Shown here one piece after another: positions 51,384 through 63,149 of a DNA stretch of 64,000 bases. Position 1 is the first letter of the stretch; each line of letters begins with the position of its first letter. Origin of the DNA: Octopus vulgaris (taxonomy: Eukaryota); NCBI GenBank assembly GCA_951406725.2, contig OX597818.1, positions 38,874,001 to 38,938,000 of the forward strand, read 5' to 3'. A program made the position numbers and the translations under genes. Under the pieces are notes generated by a model. It ran no database searches. It was not told the DNA's origin and saw only the letters and a list, made by a program, of their open reading frames with translations.

Positions 51384-52235
51384 TTAACAGGAATCCACAT
51401 CCGTTATATAGTCATCGACAGACTGTATATCAAACACTTTCACATTTTCTGACCCAAATTCTGCTAAAATGAGCGTTGATCCATCAGGAGTTACAAAAAT
51501 AGATCCAGGATTCGAAATCGCGTTTGGTTTCGTTTTTAGAACATAATGAAGTCTACCCGCTGACGTAAGGCAATAGATTTGGTTTTGCATTCTACAGGCT
51601 ACATAGATATAACCATTTTTATCTACAGAAACGCCAGAAGGACATTTCAAAGTTTTTTTAGCTCCTTGGTAAAAGAATTTTATATCACCACTTAGATTGC
51701 AGCGAATTAATGCCTGGTAGCCATCGCTTCGTACTTCACTGAGGAGAAGATCACCTAACGGATGCACAGCTAGATAAGAGGGAAATGAAATACGGAGACC
51801 ATTTGATGAGAATGCGGAGAAGCTGTGTAACACATGACCCCTGTAATCGATGACGTCTATGTAGCCTGGACAACCACATTTACCACAGATTAATGAATTA
51901 TCAACAGCTTCAATGAGAGCATAGTCTTTTGCTGTGGGAATGTCAAGCGAAGGAAAAAGTTGGTGTCCAAATTTCACGAGAAACATAATCATATATTCTC
52001 CTTGTAATGTCACTACAATTTCTCCTTCAGGTGTAACGCATGCCCTTCTTGGAGACGACTGTAGATTTAACACACTTAAACATACACCCTCTTCGCAGAA
52101 CGTCTTTAATTTTTTATTAGAGTAGTCAACTGCTATGATATCTGTATCATATCTAAGTATCGTCGTCAGACAGCATGTCGTAGTATCAGAAGGTATTCTC
52201 GCTGAAAAAGAGCGTAGCAATTGCAAGGCACTCAT
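51384..52235 (-). CDS. Stand-alone NHL-repeat/six-bladed beta-propeller protein (similar to the C-terminal domain of TRIM2/3/71-type proteins), 283 aa
   Basis: Uninterrupted non-repetitive ORF with blade motifs IIAVDYSNKKLK, PRRACVTPEGEIVVT, FPSYLAVHPLGDLLLSE, CPSGVSVDKNGYIYVAC and NPGSIFVTPDG..VKVF; AATAAA downstream on minus (~51262-51267). Confidence 0.82.
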   Translation of the reverse strand: MSALQLLRSFSARIPSDTTTCCLTTILRYDTDIIAVDYSNKKLKTFCEEGVCLSVLNLQSSPRRACVTPEGEIVVTLQGEYMIMFLVKFGHQLFPSLDIPTAKDYALIEAVDNSLICGKCGCPGYIDVIDYRGHVLHSFSAFSSNGLRISFPSYLAVHPLGDLLLSEVRSDGYQALIRCNLSGDIKFFYQGAKKTLKCPSGVSVDKNGYIYVACRMQNQIYCLTSAGRLHYVLKTKPNAISNPGSIFVTPDGSTLILAEFGSENVKVFDIQSVDDYITDVDSC

Positions 52236-52771
52236 TGAAGATTGTTCTGTAGCGGAGCTTATTCTGCTGTTTCTGTCTCCCTCTTATTGTCTTTTTTTAA
52301 AAAATACAACTCCCGAATTGTTTTATTTCATAACATACGATATTTTCATGCAAACTAGTTCTGCCTTCTTTGTTTTTTAATGAAGGGGAGTGGAGCTTAG
52401 TTATCGAACAAGTCAAGTTTACTTTTCAGAAATATTTTCAGTCATTTGCTCTCAGTTTAGTTGTAAACATGCACATCGAAAGTTCAAAACTAAGCTTCAT
52501 TAAAAACACTAAAAGATGAATTTCAAACTTATTAAAAAAATATGTGATGCTTTCTGATTTTTGTCTTCTAAGATAGTTGCTAATATTTCATATACTGCAT
52601 TATATCTTCTTTTCTACTCTAGGCACAAGGCTCGAAATTTTTGGGGAGGGGGCCAGTCGATTAGATCGACCCCAGTACGCAACTAGTACTTAATTTATCG
52701 ACCCCGAAAGGATGAAAGGCAAAGTCGACCTCGGCGGAATTTGAACTCAGAACGTAAAGACATGAAATACC

Positions 52772-54681
52772 GATTTCTTTATTACCCACCAGGGGCTAAC
52801 ATAGAAGGTACGTGCACAATATCGGGGAACTAAAATTATAAAAAGGAGACATAAAAAAAGAAGCAAAATTAAAAGAAACGAATGAATCATGAAAAAGATA
52901 ATATAATGAGGCGGAATGCCCACTCGACCCCCGAAGTCGAGTGGTTACATCGAAACCGTTTTGCCGTTCAATCATACTAATCTAAAATTCAGCAGTTCAA
53001 TATTGTAGTCATTTTTTAGTTCGATATACCAGGTCTGTTTTGGCAATTGCTCTCTTTCCCCGACCACCTTCCACAACTCAATACCCTTATCATACTTTTT
53101 TACCATCTCCATGTGTGCCTTATTTAACAATTGACATATCATAGGATCACCATCTTCACCCCAGAATTCCACTCGCTCCCCCGGTTTACAGCGTCACCCT
53201 CCGCGTCCGCATACAAAACGCAAGCAAAACAAACAGGGGGAGAGGGAGCCATATCTACATCATGTGTGTTTGCATTTTTTTTCTGTTTTGTTGTTGGAGG
53301 GGAATGGGTAGGTTTGGTGTCTGCGTGGGGAGGGTGTGGTGAATAGGGAGAGGGAGGGCACTAGGTGGGTTGGGGGTTCACAAGTACTTACTTTCTTTTT
53401 CTTTTTTTTCTTTTCCCGGCTATTTCCCGGCTATTTCCCATTCTCTATCTTCTAATACTGGAGTTTCTCTTTCTACTTCTTGTATCCTCTCCTGTGATGG
53501 TGGTTGTCGCTCTTCTACCATTTTGGGTGGTGGAGGGCAGTTCACTTTTATGTTGCCTTTCTGGCCACATTTAAAACAGCGAGGAATCCTGCCCTCCATC
53601 CACACTTTCAGGATCAAATCCCCAATCCACAGGTTCTCGGGAAATACTTCGAGGACCTCCACCTCAGTTTGGACGGTAATTTCGATGTTTTTGCCCCTTC
53701 CATGTTGCTCCTTCCATCACTTCCGCTTGAATTACTTTCACCTTTTTTTCTCTTTCAATAAAGAGAGTCGCCACCACCCAAGCCGCATCGATTTCAGGAG
53801 GAATCCCTTCCACTTTGATTTTGGCAATCCTCTTGCCCATGTAAGACGGCAAGAGGAGTACCTTTTCCGTTTTTAACACTTTGGCAGCTTGGGCTCTTTC
53901 CTCTGTTTTATAATGAACGATAATCGTCCCGAACTTGCTTCCTCTGGTCAGGTAGGTAATATCTGCTCAGACTGTCATCAGCGTCTTGTCTATCACTTTC
54001 TCCTCCATGTGGTCGACTCTCTTTTTCTAAACTGAGTAAACTTTGTACTTTACCATCTTCTTTTGGATTTCCTCCATCCTTGGCTGTCGTGGGGACAACC
54101 TCACGTCGTTCCCCACCTTTACAGCCATTCTACTGTCTCTTTCCATATTTGCCAGGTTTATTTTCTTCCTTCTCATCTCGGTTGCCTCTGCAAAACTTTT
54201 CTTTTCCAGATATGCGTCCAACATCTTTACTGCCTTAATCAGTTCTTCCTCCGAAGAGGACAACTCAGTTTCGCTTAGATCCGAATATACACGACTTCCC
54301 CCTGCCATCTCTCAGTACTACCGAGAGACAGCACAACAACTCAAAAACTGCTGCAAACGCAGCACAAAGAACAACAAAATCAATCTGTAATACACAATAT
54401 ATATTTCTTTACTACCCACAAGGGGCTAAACACAGAGGGGACAAACAAGGACAGACAAAGGGATTAAGTCGATTATATCGACCCCAGTGCGTAACTAGTA
54501 CTTATTTAATCGACCCCGAAAGGATGAAAGGCAAAGTCGACCTCGGCGGAAATTGAACCCAGAACGTAGCGGCAGATGAAATACCGCAAAGCATTTCGCT
54601 CGGCGTGCTAACGTTTCTGCCAGCGCGACGCTTTCTGTAATACACAATATAGCTAAACAAACAAGCTCGTATAACTCACAG
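52772..54681 (-). mobile_element. Apparently full-length ORF1-only (HAL1-like) Tx1-derived element, frameshifted
   Basis: 5' UTR, ORF1 from ATG at 54308 (LLPSYMGKRIAKIKVEGIPPEI; MEGRIPRCFKCGQKGNIKVNCP) to ~52972, then 3' UTR and shared tail; no EN or RT. Confidence 0.82.
54402..54633 (-). mobile_element. SINE family B monomer nested in the 5' UTR of the HAL1-like element
   Basis: Perfect 18-bp TSD TCTGTAATACACAATATA at 54384-54401 and 54634-54651. Confidence 0.92.
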
Positions 54682-55147
54682 AGACGAAATACCTATTTCT
54701 TTACTACCTACAAGGGGCTACATACAGAGGGAACAAACAAGGACAGACAAACGGATTAAGTCGATTATAGCGACCCCAGTGCGTAACTGGTACTTATTTA
54801 ATCGACCCCGAAAGGATGAAAGGCAAAGTCGACCTCGGCGGAATTTTAACTCAGAACGTAACGGCCGTCGAAATACCTATTTCTTTACTACCAACAAGGG
54901 GCTAAACACAGAGGGGACAAACAAGGACAGACAAACGGATTAAGTCGATTACATCGAGCCTATTGCGTAACTGGTGCTTATTTAATCGACCCCGAAAGGA
55001 TGAAAGGCAAAGTCGACCTCGGCGGAATTTGAACTCAGAACATAACGGCAGATGAAATACCACTAAGCATTTCGCCCGGCGTGCTAACGATTCTGCCAGC
55101 TCACCGCCTTATACCGCATCATATACTACTACATTTATGTTCTATGT

Positions 55148-55333
55148 ATTTATCCCCACTTAAACATGGATGTACTGTTAGAACAAACTATACTGTGGTA
55201 ATCAAAATGAGAGAAACTTTCATATTGGCTTTTGATGCATTGCCAATATGAGTTTCTCTCATGGTAATCACCGCAGTTCTAAAAGAACATACGTAGTTCT
55301 AACAGAACATCCACGTTTAACTGGGGATAAATA
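55148..55333. mobile_element. Fold-back MITE
   Basis: TATTTATCCCCACTTAAACATGGATGT pairs with ACATCCACGTTTAACTGGGGATAAATA, plus an inner hairpin. Confidence 0.7.
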
Positions 55334-56233
55334 TTACTTCTCGGTATGCATCATTAATATTGCCTCTATCGCTAATAAATATTATCCTCTATGATACAAG
55401 TGTGGTATACGAAATGTTTTAAGGAAAGCATAATAATTTGATTACATGAGCTTTATATTCTATCGTTTACTGTTTGAGACCAGCACGGGTTACTCCTCAT
55501 CATCGTTTTTATATTCAAACGCTGTGCAGAAGTTGCATACAACATTCTCTCAGCTTTCAAAACTTAGCGTATAATTAGTACTGAACTTTTTAAGGCTTAT
55601 TGATACATTCCAAAATAGCTTAATTGTCAATTTGTATCTAATGCAGTTTCGTTTCGATGTGGCCAGAGAGAAGTGTTTGCCTTCTTAATTCCTCTAAGAA
55701 GGCAAAAACTTTTTACACATACATACATACATACATACATACATACATACATACATACATACATACATACATACATACATACATGCATGCATGCATGCAT
55801 ACATACATACATACATACATACATACATACATCTAATATAATAAATGAGAAAACTTATTTCTGTCTGTCAGTGCGACACACTTAGACTCCCTCTCTCACT
55901 ATTCAATGACACTCCTACTATTCCTCATGATGGGGTGAGAGTAATAATAGGCATAAAGACGGTGAGGGCAGTGGCGAAAACAGAGAGAGAGAGGGAGGAG
56001 AAGGAAAAAGGGAGGGAGAGAAAGAGAGACAAAGAAATTTAGGGGGAGTTGATGATGCTTTATTAAAAGTAGTAGTGTTGATGGTGGCAGTGATAGTATT
56101 AATAGAAAAAAGAGAAAGAGTGAGTATATGAAAGAGGGAAAGGATGTACAACTTTGATTAACCATGTCTGTTTGACAGAAATTCCTGTCACCAACATACT
56201 GAACACTATCATTTTTGTTTTATTTTTTCTTTC

Positions 56234-56279
<46 letters not shown>

Positions 56280-56371
56280 GAGAAATTCACTTTAATTGAA
56301 ATAAAGTTTCCCCAAACTTAAACAATATAATAAATGTGAATGTCAGTGTGTCAGACTTTTTCAACTTTAAT

Positions 56372-56760
56372 AAATCCTTTCTACTGGAAGCACAAGACCT
56401 CAAATTTTGAGGGAAGGGATTAAATTGATTACATCGACACCAGTACGTAACTGGTACTAATTTTATCAACCCCGAAAGGATGAAAGGCAAAGTCGACCTC
56501 GGCGGATTTCGAACTCAAAACCGTAACGGCAGACGAAGTACCTATTTCTTTATTGCCCACAAGGGGCCAAACATAGAGGGAACAAACAAGGACAGACAAA
56601 GGGATTAAGTCGATTACATCGACCCCAGTGCGTAACTGGTACTTTATTTATCGACCCCAAAAGGATGAAAGGCAAAGTCGACCTCCGCGGATTTCGAACT
56701 CAAAACCCTAACGGCAGATGAAGTACCGCTAAGCATTTCGCCCGGCGTGCTAACGATTCT
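56372..56760 (-). mobile_element. SINE family B array (2 units) whose head is split by a LINE; the rest of the head is at 61925-61956
   Basis: Head sequence continues on the far side of the LINE. Confidence 0.88.
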
Positions 56761-59700
56761 TAATTTTTTTATTATCCATAAGGACATACATAGAAGGGAC
56801 AGCACAATGAAATCGAATGGTTTTACATGAAATGCGATTGGGGTCCTTTTAAGAATTCTAAATACATTATATATAATACGGATGATGATAGGACACAATA
56901 AGACATAACAGATGGAGTGGAGGTGGGTTTATAATGGACCCCACGAGCCCCACCTTACCACTGACCTGGGTTTCACGCGGAGCCTTTCATGCCCAACATT
57001 CGTGCGACATTCTTCCATCTTTTTCCAAACATGTCTTCAGTCAAACATCTCCTCTCCAGCCCTATTTGCCTTTTTAGGTGGAAGATGAAAAAATTCACCA
57101 GATTAGGGCCAAAGATGAAGGTGCCTGACCTTATTCATTTCATTCTTGTCCTCTGTATAATCCCTCTCGCAGTTGCTACTTCAGAAAGAAAATAATTCTT
57201 ATCTTCTTTCGTTAAGAAATCCGGTGAGTTAATTTTCACTATAGATTCAGTCGACAGCTGTACTCTTCCTCCACCTGACATCAGTTGTTCGGCATAAATC
57301 CACACGTCAGACACTTTCGGGCACTGAACGATAGCATGCGGGACGGTTTCCTTGTCCCGCCCACATCTTGGACAGATCGGAATGTCTCGGTCATTGTGCC
57401 TTGAGAGTTTATCCTGGACAGGTAAAGCTCCGCGGTAACACTGCTATACCAAAGACTTCTGGAAATTATCCAGGGTCTTCGGCCCGAATGTACGTTGGAA
57501 CAGACTGGCCAGCTGATTATCGTCAAAACGTAGGGTCTCCCCCAATGTATCATCACGTTCCGCCTCTACAAACCCTCTATAAAAGACAGCGGTGGAACCA
57601 CTACCACATGCATTGCCCGAGCGACGGAAAAGCAGGAGTGCCTTGAGACACTCCGTATACTATGTACCCAACTTCGATTGAACCAGGTTTCCCGTCCACC
57701 GAAACTAGTGAACCTGGGAAACATCTGCTTCGCCAGCGAAGACCACACTCGTTTCCCATCCAGGTAGAGTCACAGGCGCCTCAGCCTCAGCGCATGTCTG
57801 CGCATCAATAGTCAAGGCATCCCTAACCCACCCTTTAACGGTTGTTGACAGCAAATAGATTGTCTCACAAGCGGTTTCAAGCCCTGCCACAAGAAGTAGA
57901 AGAGCTGTCTTTCCAGCTTGGTCAACCACCGCCTAGACCAGGTCTTGGCAATGTGGGTCATCTTGCTCGATACCTCGGTTCAATTCTTCTCTATTTGGAG
58001 GTCTGGTCCGAACCAAACTCCTAGCAAATTAATCGGACCCTCCGTTCAACGTCCCACGACGCTGTCAGAAGGTATCGACTTGCCTCTCCAGATGCCGAGC
58101 TGCAAGCCGAAAGACTTTTCACGATTAACTTCTGCTCCTGCTACAGTCTCGTATTTTTCAATGGCCTTGCTTACCCTCTGTAGGTGAACCATTTTGGTCA
58201 CGATGATGGTGATGTCATCCGCGTAGGCAGAAACCGACATCTTACAACTTGGCTGTCTCGGAATGTCACTCAGCTTTCGCAGCAATGGCTCAAGAGCCAT
58301 CACATACAAAAGTGGGTAGAGCAGACATCCTTGACGAACTGAGCATTTGACGTAGAACGGTTTAGAAAGAATGCCGTTCACCCGAACTACCGAGTCAATG
58401 CTGTTATACATTTGAACGATCCACCTGAGGAAGCCAAGACCCCAGGCCGAACTGTGCCAGAACGGACACCAGGTAGTGATGGTCAACTCTATTAAAAGCT
58501 TTTGATTGGTCTAAATGGACCACTGCTCCTCCCCAGCCGGAATCGTTATTAATTTCCTCTTTAGTGTATCGTATAAGATGGAGATTATCCTGAATGGATC
58601 TGCCAGGGATAGCACATGTCTGTGCTCCCCCAATCAGCCCATCCGCAACACGCGCCAATCTTTCGATACCACTTTGGCCAAAATCTTCAGCTCTGCGTTG
58701 AGCAGAGTGATGAGCCTAAAATTATCAATGACATCGCCCTTGTTCGGGTCCTTTCTGACGAGCGTCACCACTCCCCGGCGTACAGATCTGGGGATGAGCC
58801 CATTCTCTTGCCAGTTCGCGTAGACAGCTCGTAGGGTAGATCATCCAGCCCTGGCGCCTTACCCACGCCGCAGTCCGACATAGTCTCTTTTATCTTCTCA
58901 GGCATGATCGGCCCCTCACTACACCTCGCATCCTGCCCCGAGAGGCGTGGAATATCGGCGAGAAAATCCGTTAGTCCTTCCCACACTCCGGCCCCCCGCC
59001 CCCCACGAAAAGCTGGGCGAAGTGGTCCTGAAAGCTCTCACACATCTCCTCGGGATCGTCTATCAACTTACCTTTGTTGGTTCGTCAAAGATCGAATTGT
59101 GGCATCATTGTCACGTTGGGCTTCCATTCGGGCCCATACCGCAGCATTGATTCCCTCGCAACCCACTGCATGTTATGTACGCCCTGACAATGCAACTCGT
59201 GTGTTTGGCTTTGATGTGCTGGTTTAACACCAGTCTCTTGGCCTTCACCTGAGCCGCAGAGTTCGCATTGCTTCCTCTAAGTCCTTAACTAGAGCTGATT
59301 CCCTTCTAGCCTCTCTAACCTCTCTAGTCAATAAACCTATGCTATATCTCATAGACTCATATTTAATGGCTCGCTTGAAGGCATACCACCATTTGTTGTT
59401 AATAATGGATCCGCTTAATGCCCTTTGAATTAACATCTTAATCCGGTCTCTGTACTCATTAATCGCCAAAAGGGACGTATTAAGTTTCCAGTAGTCGGGA
59501 CCTCTATATAACTTATCTATTTCGAGATTACAGGTGACCATCTTGTGATCACTGTTGTTGACCATGTGAAATTGTGGACACCTAGCTAAGTTCTTATCTA
59601 CTTTTCTAACTAATACTCTATCTAGATAAGACCTGGAAGATCCGTCGCTATTTGCCCATGTCAAAACGTCTTAGTAGTACCTGGAAGCAAGCATTGCTTC

Positions 59701-61924
59701 TCCTATTAACACACGAGCCAACATAATCTACGTGTGCATCACAGATTGTATTATAGTCTCCTAGCACAACTAAGGGATGTGATGTACCAAGAAACTTCTC
59801 TAGGTTCCGATAATATTCAGTTTGCCCCGTATCTTGAGGTGTATAAATTGCAACCGGTCTGACAGTCTTACAACGACTGAACGTCAAGTTAATGACTACC
59901 CGCCTATCTTCTGGATTTGTAAAAATCAACCTTTTCTCAGAAACACGTTTTTTTTAAGAGGATCAACACCCCGCTCCCGCTAAGAGGACAGCACGGAGAG
60001 ATGAAACTCTCGTAACCGTCAAACAGCGGTAGCAGATCTCTCGGCCCCTTCAACAGGGTTTCTGTAGCAACAACAACATCTAAATCCCGTGACCTGACGT
60101 CATTTAGGAGGCGTCCATGCTTCCAACTAGACGTCAGGCCACGCACATTTATACATCCAACATGAATGCTTGACGTGGACTTACCTTAGTCAATGGTACT
60201 CTCTTTTTCACTGGTTCGTCGGGTGATATTCTGGCATAGGTCCTCGTACATCGACTTGCTAAAATCAAGTCTTGGAGGACCCATGTCAGTTGGGTGGTAG
60301 TTTTTAAAAATGTTATAGTTCATTTTATCTATTTTATAAATGGCAATATTTTCTGGAGTCTTATGGTGATGTTTGTAAATTGACGCCGTTGGTATTTGCT
60401 TTAACCTTTTTTTTAATTGTTCGTTATCATTGTTTATTGCAGTTAGTATTTCCTTACATTCGTTAGATTTTCTTGAACTTGATATCGGGGACAGATTGCC
60501 TGGGTTTGGCGGGTGAGGAGTGATGTCTGGGAGAGGGAGGAAATCCGAACCAGAGGAGCAAGGGGGAGGGGAATCATCGCCGAGGGGGAATAGGATGGGG
60601 AGGAATCTGATATTTTTGACTTGGGGGGGAATAGTGGTGGGGTGGGGTAATTTTTCTCTGAGTATCCTGAGTTTTTCTTTTGGTTGTTGTAGGGTTGGAT
60701 CTGTTGTTATTATTTTTCCCTTTTTGGCGTCTTACTACCGACCAGCCGTCTTTTTCCCCGGCTCGTTGAACACCATCAGTGCCGGGGTTCTGCTGGTCGT
60801 TCTTTTGGTTTTGTTCTTTTTTTCTTCTTCTTTCTCCTTGCGGGTGGGGCAGTTTACCCGAATGTGGCCTTTTTCGCCACATTCGTGGCATCTGGGTTTC
60901 CTGCCCTCCACCAATACCCGCAAGGTGGCTTCTTCTCCGATGTGCATGTTCTCTGCAATTTCTTCTAATGTCGGGGGCGGGGGGGGGGGGACTTGGACTA
61001 TGATCTCTAGCCCTTGGCCCCGCCAGTACTGTTGTATTCTGGAAGTTTCAATCATTTTGATTTTATCCTCAAACCCCATTAGAAGGTCTGAGATAATCCA
61101 GATGGCATTTATTTCTGGTGCGATTTCTTCAATAACTATTTTGGATGTTCTGCTACCCATATAAGTTAGTAATAAAATGACTTCATTGGTTTTTATCGGT
61201 TGGAGCGAGTATTTTATAGCCTTTTCCTCATTTTTGAAGTCCACCACAGCTGTGGCGTATCTTCTCCCTATGGTCAAGAACTCGATGTCTTGCCAAGATG
61301 GGTTGTAGACACTTCTCGATTTGTTCTTTGGATTCCTTGTCTATTTTCTTGTCTGTTATTATCATAGTCTTATATGTTATTATTTTCCTCTTTGTTCCTT
61401 CGATGAGTTCGTTAGGGAGGGTGGCTTTAACTTCAAAACCTTCCCTTTCGAACATACCTTTGTGTTGCCGCGGTGAATCTAGCTCTATGTTCAATTTATT
61501 TTTTCTCACACCTGCTGCGGTGACAAAATTAATCTTCTTTTGGTTGTCTTCTGTTGGGTTTACTTTTCCGTTATTCATTTTATCGTTTTCAGCATTTATT
61601 TTTCCTTCTTGGTTCCTTTTCCCCGTTTACTGCATTTATGTGGTTTTCGTTCACATTTTCGATCATTTTGTTTTGTTTTACAGTTGCTCTTTGGTTAGCT
61701 TGGTCAGGGTTAGAAGACTTGTCCTCCGAATTCATTTTCACAAAAATAAATATTTTCCAAAAATATTTTTTCCAAAAATTATTTTCCCCTCTTTACGGAG
61801 GGGAACAACAGTCTACTATGTCTGTTAAAACAGAACGTAGAACAATAACAAAAATTCAAAATTTAACAATAAATGGCAACAATAACAATAACTAACCAAA
61901 TTCTCGCAGTTCAAATTAACCGCA
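56761..61924 (-). mobile_element. Full-length but decayed Tx1/L1-clade LINE (ORF1 gag knuckle; ORF2 EN-RT)
   Basis: ORF1 VEGRKPRCHECGEKGHIRVNCP; EN INVRGL, GDYN, YLDRVL, SDH; YWKLN; RT QTCAIPGRSIQDN, LDQSKAFNRVDH, VRQGC, AYADD; perfect 16-bp TSD GCGTGCTAACGATTCT at 56745-56760 and 61925-61940. Confidence 0.93.
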
Positions 61925-61965
61925 GCGTGCTAACGATTCTGCCAGCTGGCCGCCTTAATGTAATA

Positions 61966-62740
61966 ATATGATATGATATGATATGATATGATATGATATG
62001 ATATGATATGATATGATATGATATGATATGATATGATATGATATGATATGATATGATATGATATGATATGATATGATATGATATGATATGATATGATATG
62101 ATATGATATGATATGATATGATATGATATGATATGATATGATATGATATGATATGATATGATATGATATGATATGATATGATATGATATGATATGATATG
62201 ATATGATATGATATGATATGATATGATATGATATGATATGATATGATATGATATGATATGATATGATATGATATGATATGATATGATATGATATGATATG
62301 ATATGATATGATATGATATGATATGATATGATATGATATGATATGATATGATATGATATGATATGATATGATGATGATATGATATGATGATATGATATGA
62401 TGATGATATGATATGATATGATATGATATATGATATGATATGATATGATATGATATGATGATGATATGATATGATATGATATGATGATATGATATATGAT
62501 ATGATATGATATGATATGATATGATATGATATGATATGATATGATATGATATGATATGATATGATATGATATGATATGATATGATATGATATGATATGAT
62601 ATGATGATATGATATGATATGATATGATGATGATATGATATGATATGATGATGATATGATATGATATCATGATGATATGATATGATGATGGTATGATATG
62701 ATATGATATGATATGATATGATATGATATGATATGATAAG
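61966..62740 (+). repeat. (ATATG)n pentanucleotide array, ~775 bp
   Basis: Pure for the first ~400 bp, then interspersed with ATG variants. Confidence 0.97.
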
Positions 62741-63149
62741 ATAAATGTGAATGTCAGTGTATCGGTGAGTAATACTTTTTCAACTTTACTCCAATAGGGC
62801 GGAGCCCAACATATCATACCATTTTGGAATCAAGTTGACCCCGTGAGTAAATTAAAAACATTCCGGGCCGAATCCGGACCTACTATCCTGACATTTTGGA
62901 TTCTTATATTTTCATTACTGAGATTGTTTACGGCGATTTTTTTACATGATTTTTTTTGCGACGAATATTATCATCATTAGATAAGACTTTGGAGGAAACA
63001 ATTGCAACAAATTCTCCAAAACAAGTCAGAGATCTATTTGCAGATCTCCTCATTCAGGGTCGGTTGCTTAAAAGCTAGTACATACGTATGTACATACATA
63101 CATACATACATACATACATACATACATACATACATACATACATACATAC

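Larger units (their letters stand above)
52606..55109 (-). mobile_element. Composite SINE family B array carrying a nested ORF1-only element
   Basis: Outer 15-bp TSD TATAC(T/C)GCAT(T/C)ATAT at 52591-52605 and 55110-55124. Confidence 0.85.

Noticed and set aside
61930-62817. 295-aa ORF with (ISYHI)n repeats
   Set aside because: Translation of the (ATATG)n microsatellite
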